Shown here piece after piece: positions 12,395 through 22,770 of a stretch of DNA of 41,262 nucleotides (position 1 is the first letter of the stretch; the number at the start of each line of letters is the position of its first letter). The DNA is from Vicugna vicugna (lineage: Eukaryota). A model generated the notes under the pieces. The model was not told where the DNA came from. It was given only the letters and a program-made list of their open reading frames with translations, and ran no database searches. The DNA is taken from contig MU057446.1 in NCBI GenBank assembly GCA_013265495.1, forward strand, positions 1-41,262, in the 5' to 3' direction. A program made the position numbers and the translations under genes.

Positions 12395-12580
12395 GAAGAC
12401 TGACTAGGGAGTTCGAAAGCCTGAATTCTAGTCCGAACCTTGCTAGTAGCAAACTGTGACCCCAGGACAAATCACATCCTTCACAAAGCCAGAGTTGCCC
12501 CAGCCCCGCAACTCCTCAAGCAGGTGGGGAACAGCTGGGCTAAAGAACTCTAAAGGCCCTTCTGACTCCAACAGCTTGTG
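12395..12580 (+). mobile_element. MIR SINE, degenerate
   Basis: cctgaattctagtcc...ctgtgaccccaggacaaatcac resembles the MIR core. Confidence 0.5.
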
Positions 12581-12879
12581 AATTTGACCCTTATTTGCAC
12601 CTGTTTCCCCCATGATGCAGAGATCTCTGTCCCCTAGAAGAGTCTAAATCTGCTCCATTGGGGCTGTGTCCTCTCTGCCCCCAAAAACCTGGTCCTTTGG
12701 GTTCAAAGATTTTTGGCTTTTTTTTTTTGCACCTAATTGCATTTTTACTTGTTTTAGGCTAATACTAAAATTAACAATAACATTCCTCAGTGGGCAGCTA
12801 CAAAAAATAGTGGTAGCTTTAGTCTAATTTACCTTGTAAGAGACGAGATAGAACTTTCACAGATACCATTTCTTTACAG

Positions 12880-13098
12880 AACTTANNNNNNNNNNNNNNN
12901 NNNNNNNNNNNNNNNNNNNNNNNNNNNNNNNNNNNNNNNNNNNNNNNNNNNNNNNNNNNNNNNNNNNNNNNNNNNNNNNNNNNNNNNNNNNCGCTGAGTA
13001 CAAATCCTCGCTCCCAAGAATGGGGCCGGGAAACTATTGAGATGCACAAGAACGGAAGTACCAAGAACCTCCTCCAGATGACAGACGTGTATCACTCG
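12880..13098 (+). CDS. HEG1: HEG1 penultimate coding exon, interrupted by an N gap; readable part 13003-13098 = NPRSQEWGRETIEMHKNGSTKNLLQMTDVYHS
   Basis: Translation matches the HEG1 cytoplasmic tail, with a GT donor at 13099. The 5' boundary is inferred from the acceptor-like tttctttacAG at 12878-12879 and is uncertain because 12886-12991 is N. Confidence 0.85.
12886..12991. other. Assembly gap (106 N)
   Basis: Run of n in the sequence. Confidence 1.
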
Positions 13099-13604
13099 GT
13101 GTGTATCCCCGCCCCCGGGGGTCTCTGGGCTCCACTTTCCTCTGAGAATTCAAGGGCTTCCATTTGGTGGTAGTCAGAGCACTCCAGCTAGTTAAGGGTT
13201 AAAGAGAATGGTGGCCTACGCCCATTATTCACATAATTTAATATTCGGTTTACTTACTATCTCTTTGCTTGGTATTTATTAGTTTTGACGTTGAGATAAT
13301 ATTTCCATGGAACACAGTCCATACTTTATGGGGTTGTAGCAATAAACCTCTTGTCGTTGAAATTGCCTTTAAGTTACAGGATTGGAAGCTAAAAGATACA
13401 GAAAGAATTTAATGATATTTAGCCTTTGGCCCATCCATTTTTATCTTGTTGGCCATGCTTTACGTCATGAGGTTGGGAAATTGAAACTGAGGGATGGGGA
13501 AAAGGTGTAGAGAGAACATGCCGTCCTCAACCAGCCCTTGTCAGAGGTTTCGCAGATTCAATAGGTCTTTAATACTCAGTAGATCTTTAGTAATTTGCTA
13601 TGTC

Positions 13605-13981
13605 CAAGAGAAAGACAAATATTGTATCACTTACATGTAGAATCTAAAAAAAGATAGAAATTTTATTTACAAACCAGAAATAGACTCACAGACATAGAAA
13701 ACAAACTATGGTCACCAAAGGAAAAAGGGGAGGGGAGGGACAAATTAGGAGTTTGGGATAAACAGATACACACTACTATTTATAAAATAGACAAACAAGA
13801 ACCTACTGTATAGCACAAGGAAGTAGATTCAATTTCTTATAATAAGCAATAATGGAAAAGAATCTGAAAATACATGTATGTACACGTATATGTGTATAAC
13901 TGAATCTTTTTGCTGTACACCTGAAACTAATATTGTAAATCAACTACACTTCAATAAAAAAGATTTTTTAATGTAAAAAAA
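13605..13981 (+). mobile_element. L1 3' UTR fragment (artiodactyl type) in the last HEG1 intron
   Basis: agactcacagacatagaaaacaaac...cctactgtatagcaca...gctgtacacctgaaactaa...aataaaaaa. A degenerate TSD lies at 13588-13604 and 13982-13998. Confidence 0.88.
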
Positions 13982-14451
13982 TAATAATTTTCTGTATCTG
14001 GCACTGGACTGCATCAGTTGGACAAATGAGAGATCACCCTGAACACTGCTTCTTCTGTCCCACATTGAATAGCCCATGTCATAATCCGGTGCCCTGTCAG
14101 TTCATCTCATGTTACACGATATCAGCCATAAAGCAAACATGAGCGGAGATACCTGAGCTGAAAAATAAACAGCCATCAGGTGACTTCTCATGCCCTGTGG
14201 AGCTATTTGAGGTATAGCTGCGTGTTTCTGGCCACTAGCTGAAAAGTTGCCTTTAATAGATAGAATCACAAACTTAGATGAACCCCATCTTCATTTCAGA
14301 CATGGTAGGCTGAGCAGTGTGACAGGTGCTCAGATGACATTGCCAATGTCAGTCCCCCATTCGCGGCAGGGACACTAGCGTTCTGGTAAATGCCAGGGAG
14401 GATTTAAAGCCATTGTGCTCCACAGAGAAAGATATTCTTTTTTTTAAGACA

Positions 14452-14501
14452 AGATAATAATCAGATAATAATTAATCTCGATAATAATCAAGATAATAAT
14501 C
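14452..14501 (+). repeat. Short tandem repeat, four copies of about GATAATAATC
   Basis: agataataatc agataataatt aatct cgataataatc a agataataatc. Confidence 0.9.
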
Positions 14502-14777
14502 AGCTCAGGGTTTTCCTCTGTTGGTCTGTGGGCTGCTCTTGTTGATGTAATGTTTCTAAAAATCCCCTTTTGAAATATGGGCAAAGGTGCCCCAAGTTCC
14601 ACAGAGACGACCTGGCAGGTGTGACTTCCAAGTCAAGCCTTGCTCTGCGGGAACAGCTGCCTCCCATAAATTCGTCGAAATGGAGCATTCGTCATTGTCG
14701 TTGTCGTTGTTTTCAACTATTTAACTGAAACCCAAGAATCATAAACCGACTTCTCTTGTTCTCTCTTTGGCCACCAG

Positions 14778-14927
14778 CCCACCAGTGTAAGGAATCCTGA
14801 ACTTGAACGGAACGGCCTCTACCCGGCCTACACTGGATTGCCAGGATCGCGGCATTCTTGCATTTTCCCCGGACAGTATAACCCATCTTTCATCAGCGAT
14901 GAGAGCAGGAGGAGGGACTACTTCTAA
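14778..14927 (+). CDS. HEG1: HEG1 last coding exon: PTSVRNPELERNGLYPAYTGLPGSRHSCIFPGQYNPSFISDESRRRDYF*
   Basis: cAG acceptor at 14776-14777, phase 0, 49 codons then TAA (14925-14927). It ends in the Tyr-Phe C-terminus that binds the KRIT1 FERM domain. Confidence 0.97.
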   Translation, partial: PTSVRNPELERNGLYPAYTGLPGSRHSCIFPGQYNPSFISDESRRRDYF

Positions 14928-17900
14928 GTGCAGGCGGCGCAGGGGCCTCCCTCGCTCAGAAGACCGCACGGGGAGCAGCGCCCGGGGCCGCTCCCGGGGC
15001 TAGAGGAGCCACACCAGCGGAAGGGGCCGGGCGGGAGCGGCGTGACCACAGGGGAGGCGACAGCGGGAGCCCATGGACCTGGAACTGCCGGCTGCTCATC
15101 GGCACCTGCATTGTTACTGTGAATGTGAACACGGGCCAGTACCAGGGGGTCCCCGCGTGCCTGCAGCAGGGCCACGGCTGGGGGATGACGTTCCTTAGGA
15201 CTGATCACTAGGCATCATTGCAAGGACCCAGGTTTTCCTTAGCTTGCACCTCGGTAGATGCAAAAGCAGGCAGGGAGGTCTCCTTTCAGGTGTTTTTCAA
15301 GACTGCTCCGGAAAGAAGGCCTCTTTTCCTCAGACACTTCCAGAGGCCTTAATTTCGTGATGCTTTTACAGTGAAATACTGCCTCCTCAGTTGTTTTCCT
15401 GCCCAGTAGCTCCGTGCTGAAGCACAGGTGCCGACGGACGTACCACTAGTGTCTGGAGATGCCGCAGGTTAAGGCACAGGGTTTCCACGTGCTTCTAAGT
15501 CTTCTTGTGCTACGTTCGCCAGGCAGATCCGCCCCTCCCACAAATGAGGAGCTGAAATGTGTGAGGCACAGCACACAACTCCAGTGTGCTTTCTTTAGTC
15601 CAGGTGACACGTTTATTTAAGGATTTTTCCCTTTGCTGTCACAGCTCGCTTTTCCATACACGCCTGCATCAGGGCAAACAACTTGCACTTGGTTCTAATT
15701 AGAGGCTCCAGCTGCCCCACAGTGAGCCCAGCAGGCAGCAGCGGGCACGGGGAGAAGGTCCGGGTGGAAGGTCGACCCCCGAGGGCACCGTGTGGTGGGG
15801 GGGCTCTGAGCGCCTGCTTTGAGGCCCAGGCTGCCACGCAGGGGGCAGAAGTGAAAAGCTGACTGCAGGTTGGGTCTGAGCTGCTATTTCGCCACTAATG
15901 CAAAAGCAGCTGGATGTGGTTAGAGGAGCGGGATGGATAGGCGAGTTCAATTTTCCGAAATGCCAGCCCTTTGGGAAGCCCTGCATATTGCTGGGGAAGG
16001 AGAGGGAGCTGAGGGGAGCCACACGTGAGTCTGCTTACCTAGTGCAGCACCTGTCCTAGGATTTCTGGTCTCGTCCACACCCAGTGTAGCTTGAGTGGTT
16101 CCACCAACCACTCAAAGCTATTTATTCATTGAAGAAATAACTTATTTTCTCTCAGACAGTAACTTGTAACTCTTCATAGTATTATGTAGTTCCCGCCAGA
16201 AGCATGGGTATAATTCAAGTCGGCTTTGGAGGACTAAGTCTCCTGGCCAGTTAGGGAGTTGAGCGTTTGCCTTGGGGAAAGGAACACCCTGTGTCTTATT
16301 TATTATGCCTGTGACGTGGGTCCTGCGTGTGGAGGAGGTGGGGGGGGTGCATATCCAGTGTGGTGTCTTTACTCCTTGTGGAATTGTGATCATTCTCATC
16401 ATCTACTTTTGAACATCCTGGTTTGGGGTGAAGAGAACACAGAGGTAAAAAAAAATTGTTCCCACCCTGAAGCTTGGAGCCCAATGGCACACTCGTTTCT
16501 GGAAATGGTGCGGCCTTTGGAGACAGTTCTGTCCTGGGCATGGTGGTTTCTTCAAGATTCTCTACTGTCTTCAGAATGTATCTAATCCTTAATCTTATGG
16601 AATTCTCATCCTAACAGCTTTAAGTGCAAACTCCTGTGTCCCATGGTCTCCACGAGCAGGAAGGCTGCTCAGATGCGATGCCACTTTTGCAGTTCAATTG
16701 CACTCATCTCATGAGATAGATACAAAGAGTCCTGTTTTTTGTCAGTGGGTGCCAACTTAAAATTTCAGAGCATCCCCTTTGAGAAATCTTGGGTCTTGCC
16801 TCTCCCCGTGGAACCAAACAGCCCTCTGAGTCTCACGGCCTCGCATCTAACTGGAGAGCTCGGAGCTCCTGCACTCAGCTCACCTGAGCCAACAGGCTGG
16901 GTCCCTCCTGAGGCAGCTGCTTCCTGCTCTAGACGCAGAGCCCTGCTCGCCTCCAGGGCCCAGAGCACAGTGGGGGCTGTTCCCAGGCATACATGTCTGC
17001 TGCCTCCACTGGCAAATCATCTCTGATACCAGGGCCGGAAGCTGTACGCTCCGCCACATGGAGTGGTCTGTCCCCAAAGCATCCTGGAGCAGGATCCCAA
17101 CGTCCAGAAAAGAGTGTGCTGTGAGTTCCAAGAATGCTTTCCTGTGAGTGGGTTTTGTGCATGTGAAATGGATTAAGAGTGTTGTCTTTTTCTTTTATTG
17201 TGAGTACTGTAGCACACCCCCGAAGGTTGAGTTCACAGTTCTGTGCAGTTTCTAGGAGGCTTCTGAGAGTGGAAAAGTGCATCTCCAGGGCGTCAGGGTC
17301 TAAGAAGGCATGAAAGCAGCCTGACTGTTCCTCAGGGCCGGCTGCTCGCCTGGGTGAGGAAGGGAGAGGCCAGCTTCACTCCTGCTTGGGGTGAATATGC
17401 CTCCAGAAGGGTCCCCCCTGAGCCAAGAAATTGCTTGTGGGGCAGCAGCCCTGGACTGAAGGGACAGGCTGGACGCACCCTGCGGGAGCAGAAGCCCTCA
17501 GTATTAGTCCTCCCACCTGGGGTGTGCGTTTCCTATGCACAGAAATGTCCCGGTCCTACATGGGGTCCCAGGACTAGAGGACAAAGGGAGGAAAGGAAAA
17601 GTGGCCCCTAGCAGCCCGGGAGATGCTGAGAGGGTAGGGAAGAGTGGGCCGAACAGAACCCCTGCATCCTGCAGCGTTTCTGAGCCTGGGGACGCAGAGC
17701 AGCGCAGCGCTCACCTGGAGCCTCCCACATCTGTGGCTTTGGTTGTAGCTCCAGAGGTCCTATTTCTTGTGTCTCTTCCTCTTTGCCCCATGAGCCAACC
17801 CAGGGCACTGGAGACAATTTAGGGAGTCTTAATAGTCCCAAGAGCATCTCTTGTGTTTCCAGCAGGGCCAGGATCTGTGCAGGATCCTTGCCCTCACCAC

Positions 17901-19925
17901 ACCCTGGTGAGGTGGACGTGAGAGCACTCATTTCTTGGATGTGGGAACCTTCAGAGAGGACAAGTCCCTGTCTTGGAGAGTCAGGATCCAAACCCTTTAC
18001 GTGGCTTGCTCCTCCTGGCCGATGCCTCACCATCCAGTGTTAAAGAGAGCATGAGAGAGTGGGCTGAGAATAAAAGTTTGGGTTTGTTTTGGTTTGGGTT
18101 TTTAGAACTTTAATATTATTAAACTGTAACTAAACTGATGACATGAAGTGCAAAAACAAAATGTTGAAAAAGTCCTTTCAGGTCTGTTGTTACATGTATT
18201 TTTTGGACACCTGTGATGGTCATTAAGAAAACTGTGGTCGGCTTGTGCTTAGCAAGAAGCACAGTGGTACGTGGCTTTGGATGTAGGAGTGTACGGTGAT
18301 GCTCTGGGTTTTGACAGACACAGCTTGACTTAGACATCCATCTGAGGGCTGCCTCACCTGGTTCCGTGGTAAGGTCAGATTTCCCACATATTGGAAGCAG
18401 ATTTTTGTGAACGTTATCAGAGTCTGGAACTTATTCAGTTGAATGTCTTAAATGCTGACAAATCCCCCTCCTTTGACAGAAGTTTAATTTCAGAAGCAGC
18501 TAAGTTATTAAGAGCAAACATTGTTAAATGGATTGTGTTTTCAGCTGGCTGATGGCATTTGAGGTCCAAAACAAAGATGTAACAGTTAAGCTCTTGAAGA
18601 GAGCTTAAAGTTGGTCCAAATGGGAGGGCAGCATCTTTGCAGTGCGAGGCCAGATGGCTGCCCAAGGAAGTGTCTTTGAAGGATGTTGATCCTGTCCCAT
18701 TCAGATGTGAACCTGTCCCAGAGCAGACACACCAGGGTCACGTGTCACACGTGGCTGTTGGGGCCTCTGTTAAGCCCCCTTGCCCACAGTGGGTGGGAGG
18801 TGTGCCTGTAACTGTGTGAAGGCGGCTGAAGAAGCCAGAGAGTTTCTCTCCTTGCTCCTGGATGAGTTTAGCTTAGCACACCCCACACCAGGGATTTGGC
18901 CCCGGGCTCTAAGATACTTACTCATATGGAAACTAGAACACTTCTTTGGAGAGAGGAAAAATGCAAAGTTTAGGATTTCAGGATTTTGTATCTCATTGGA
19001 AAGTACCCTTAATATTAATATCAGAGATATTCTTTCTCTGTGAAAACTTTTGTGGGAATTAGAAGGGACGTTTCATTTTCTTCTTGTTGACAAAGTGTCA
19101 TTCTGAGGTTCCCGTGTGCATTTTTGGAAACAGATATGCTCTATAGAATTGGCAATGTGTTGCCAAAGCATGTGTTCTTTTTTCCTTTCTCAAATTCCCA
19201 GAGGAGGATCCTGGTGAAGATACTAGAAAAATTAAAGTACTAAGTGTCACTTAACTTGTTGTGCTGAAGTATATTTTTAAGAGTGTTTTAATCTGTCCCA
19301 TTTGGTGTAAACTGCTCACAGAAAAGCCTGTGAAAACAAAGGGGCAACTGAGGTCTAAAAAGAGACAGATCTTTGATCTGTCCACTTGACATTTTAATGA
19401 GGACGTTCTAAAGGGTTTGCCCATTGGATTCTGGCTTTGTCTTTTTCTAGGGGAAACACAGTTATACACTTCAGGTGCAGAGTCCTTGGGTAGGAAGGAT
19501 GGGACTGGACAGGAATGAGATGGAACCAGTCTACCCGGGAATCTACCCCAGGTGTCTGTGTTACCTTGGCCTGTTTCTTAGGGAAAAAATGACCTCTCAT
19601 CATGGGTGGCTGTGAGTCTTGTTACTGTTTGTGTTGCTGGATTTACGGTTAAATGAAGCATGTAGCTGGCAAATGAGCTTTCTGAGTTCTCACAGGGTCC
19701 CAGATTTCTTGTTGCAAAACTTTAAACCTTAGCCCCTTGTTGACTGTGTTAAACCCATTATGAGAATGTTATTTAAATTTGTATTATAATTGCAACCTCC
19801 ACTAATTATTCTGTACTGTAGCAGCAATGTATTATTTGTAAGAATTTGATTATTTTTATACTCTATCCACTGTAAGTCTGGCGTTCTAGTCAGTAAAATG
19901 ATGCAGTAAAATAAGTATCATTGTC
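14928..19925 (+). other. HEG1: HEG1 long 3' UTR (about 5 kb; end inferred)
   Basis: Continues from the stop codon and lacks obvious interspersed repeats. It has a GC-rich start and an AU-rich end near 19750-19920 with AGTAAA hexamers. The length fits the long HEG1 last exon recalled for human. Confidence 0.65.
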
Positions 19926-19940
19926 ACTGTGTTTTTCTCC
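19892..19940 (+). terminator. Candidate distal poly(A) site: two AGTAAA variants plus a downstream GU/U-rich element
   Basis: AGTAAA at 19892-19897 and 19905-19910, followed by gtcactgtgtttttctcc. Confidence 0.5.
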
Positions 19941-20687
19941 TAATAGCAAACAATCCAGACCAGAGTTCAGCAAGGTCTTTCTCATGAGGGCATCGCTTAA
20001 GCAACGGGGCTGTACAGTGACCCCTTACGTGGCACATGTAGGGACCGAGTTATCACTGTGTCCTCAGTGCTCGGCACCATGAGGAAATATGCTTTTGATG
20101 ACAGATGGATGCGCAGATAGGTCAACCTAAATGAGGAAAAGCTTGATTCAGTATAACACTGGCTTTTGTTTATTTTTCTTTCTGAGAATTGGAGAGTCAA
20201 TAACCAATTTTCAGACACTGAAAGCTTCCTCCTGAAGGCCTCCCACCACCTCTCCATTTCCCATCTTCATGTCTTGGAAGAAGAGGGATAGTAAATGTGC
20301 CCAGGCTCTGTGGTGGGGAGAATCTTGAACTTGAAGATGGTGGCCGTGGGCCTTACACTTAACCGTGGTCAGTGAATGTGGCCGCCTGCCCGATGTATGT
20401 TCGTTGACGAATTGCTTCCTTGAGTGCCTTTCGTGACAGGGATCAACGAGCCTCTCAGATGCTTTATGACAGTGACCTTGGTCCTAGGAGGGGTCGGTAA
20501 TGGCAGCTTGGGCCAGGAAGGTGACCTTTTGACAGATGAGATCAGGGTTGCAGCCCATCAGACATGTCTGAATGGAGATGACCAGCAGTGCTGTCCTCTC
20601 CTTGCCGGGTCCCTCCCACTCCCCTCTCCCCGCCACCGGTTAGCCCCCAGCTGAGACCTTACTTAGCACAACCCAGTATTGACCCCG

Positions 20688-21958
20688 TTCACCATCCTGC
20701 CCAGCTCAGCCAGACACGGTAAACGTCACAGCATTTCCGTACCCACACTACCCTGGGAGCTGTTCAGGACTGAGAATGGGAGGCCCTTCTGCCGCCCACC
20801 CACACGCTGGCCTGGTGCCTGTCCTGCCTGTGTCTCCCACCCAGCAGTTTTGAGCCTCCACCTTAGGGTTTGATTTGCCAGTAAGTCAAGATCTAAACAG
20901 TACTTTTAGGCCCTTGGACTTAAAGGGCTTCAGCAATGCACACTCATATTCCAGTTGCTTGAGGGGTAATGAAAGTCAGGGGCACAGTATATAGATTACA
21001 CAAGCCAGAGTCCTTCTGTCTGGGATATTGAACGTCAGGACAGCTATAAACCCCCAGAGCTGGGCTGTGTGGATGTGAAGCCACGTGATGCAAAATGAAC
21101 GTCAGATCAGAAAGATACAAGAGAGATGCCAGGAAACAGAAATTTTTATTGACCACATAAAAACTTAGAGTAGGCCTGGGCTCTAACAGCTGGTACAAGA
21201 CACTCCCTGACAGTTTCATGGCTGTTTTCTCAGATCATGTTGTCAGGCCTAAGAGTCCGCTCAGCTCTCTGAGCCTCAGTGTCCTAATCAGGGAAATGGG
21301 GATAATAAGTATCACCTCCCAGAGTTGTGAGGACTAAAAGGGAGATTTCAAATGAAAACACTCTGAAACTACAAAGGAACAACACAAATCAGTTCTCTTC
21401 AATAGGGCCCTGTTGTCACCAAAACAAAGACAAACTATTACAGGATTAATGTGTCATTTCAATGCTGACTCACTAGTGACTGGTCCTGAAGACCTTGGAC
21501 TTGCCCTCAAGGCGTTCCTGTCATTTCCTCTCCCCTCCTTCTCCCACCTGCTCCCTGTACCATGAAGGAGTTAATGAGCTCAAAATCATACACTCTGTAC
21601 AGCCAGGAACCAAGAGTGTCCTGTTCAACATGATACGCTCAGTGCCTGGCACCTAGCAGGCATCACTAAAACAAATAGGTGAGTAAGTGGGTGGACAAAT
21701 CACCCAACAGAAGAAACAGATTGAAGTTAGAGTTCCTGGAGATCTACCCCGTCCAGAAGCTGCAGGCTGAGGACTAGCTGGGGGTGGGCAAATAGGTAGC
21801 TGCGACACGTACCTGAGCAGGGCCCTTAGCAAAGATCTCTTGTAGCAAAGCTCCAGCAGGCATTTGTGGACTAAACACTTAAAGATGCACCAGAAAGCCC
21901 CTCACCTGATGAATTGTGGAGCAACTATGCCATGAAACACCACTCAGCAAACAGGAGG
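20688..21958 (+). repeat. Local duplication, copy A (about 1.27 kb)
   Basis: Aligns in direct orientation to 32171-33456. Positions 20760-21002 are identical to 32242-32484 by manual comparison. Confidence 0.97.
21262..21375 (+). mobile_element. MIR fragment inside the duplicated segment (also about 32753-32870)
   Basis: ctctctgagcctcagtgtcctaatcagggaaatggggataata. Confidence 0.7.
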
Positions 21959-22100
21959 CCCAAATGACCTCAACAGACAGCAACGGGTCTCAGAAGTACT
22001 GTGCTGTGTGTAAAGAGCCAGCCCCAAAATGCTACACACTGTATCATTCCAATTATATTTCATTCTGGAAAAGACAGGATTAGAGGGACAGAAAACAGGG
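21905..22100 (+). mobile_element. Old L1M 3' fragment
   Basis: gaattgtgg...catgaaacaccactcagc...gagccag...cacactgtatcattcca...agagggacagaaaacag. Confidence 0.55.
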
Positions 22101-22124
22101 GGGTGCTTTCCCTGGAGGTCAGAA

Positions 22125-22420
22125 AGGGCTTTCTTCCTTCCAGGCACATGGTAGCTGGGACTTCCCTACCCACTTTGACATATGGCCATGTGACTTCCTT
22201 TGGCCAAAGAAATGTGAATAGAAGTGAAGTGTGTCATTTCTGGGAGACCCTTTAAGAGCTGTGTGTGGCCTTCATGTCTCCTGCTCAGCAATCGTGGAAA
22301 TATGTGTTGAGATGGAGCCACTTTTGGCCTGGGACACTCAGTGAGTAAGAGGAACATAGCCCCTTGCTGACTGGGCTTGGATGTGAATTGGACAAAAAGT
22401 GACACTGGTTACTACACTTC
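22125..22420 (+). mobile_element. MLT1 (MaLR) LTR fragment
   Basis: ggccatgtgacttcctttggccaaagaaatgtgaatagaagtgaagtgtgtcatttctgg. Confidence 0.75.
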
Positions 22421-22584
22421 ATGTGAATTACTTAATTCCTAGTTCAATGCCATAGAGCATTTTTATCATTAAAATTCTTCAACTAAGCTGTTTTAAGTTT
22501 GTTTGTTTTATAAGAACTCAAATCAGAAACATTTATTGATGGCGAATATTTTCCAAGCCTGAGGTGTGAGGATTTGTGATGTAA

Positions 22585-22770
22585 ATGAGCTTTTGAACTA
22601 GAATGTCCTAGATTTGAAACCTAGATTTATTAGCTATGTGACCTTGATAAATTTCTTAGTCTGATCATGAGTTTTCTCCTCTATAAAATAGCAATAATGA
22701 TCATTCCTAGTTCAGAGGTGTGTTGAGAGATTAAATGATAGGATGTCTCTAAAGTGTATCTCAGCGGTGG
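22585..22770 (+). mobile_element. MIR SINE
   Basis: ttattagctatgtgaccttgataaatttctta...gttttctcctctataaaatag. Confidence 0.65.

Noticed and set aside
14739..18043. Many overlapping 60-140 aa ORFs
   Set aside because: Expected in GC-rich 3' UTR sequence. The true HEG1 frame (14778-14927) is not among them.
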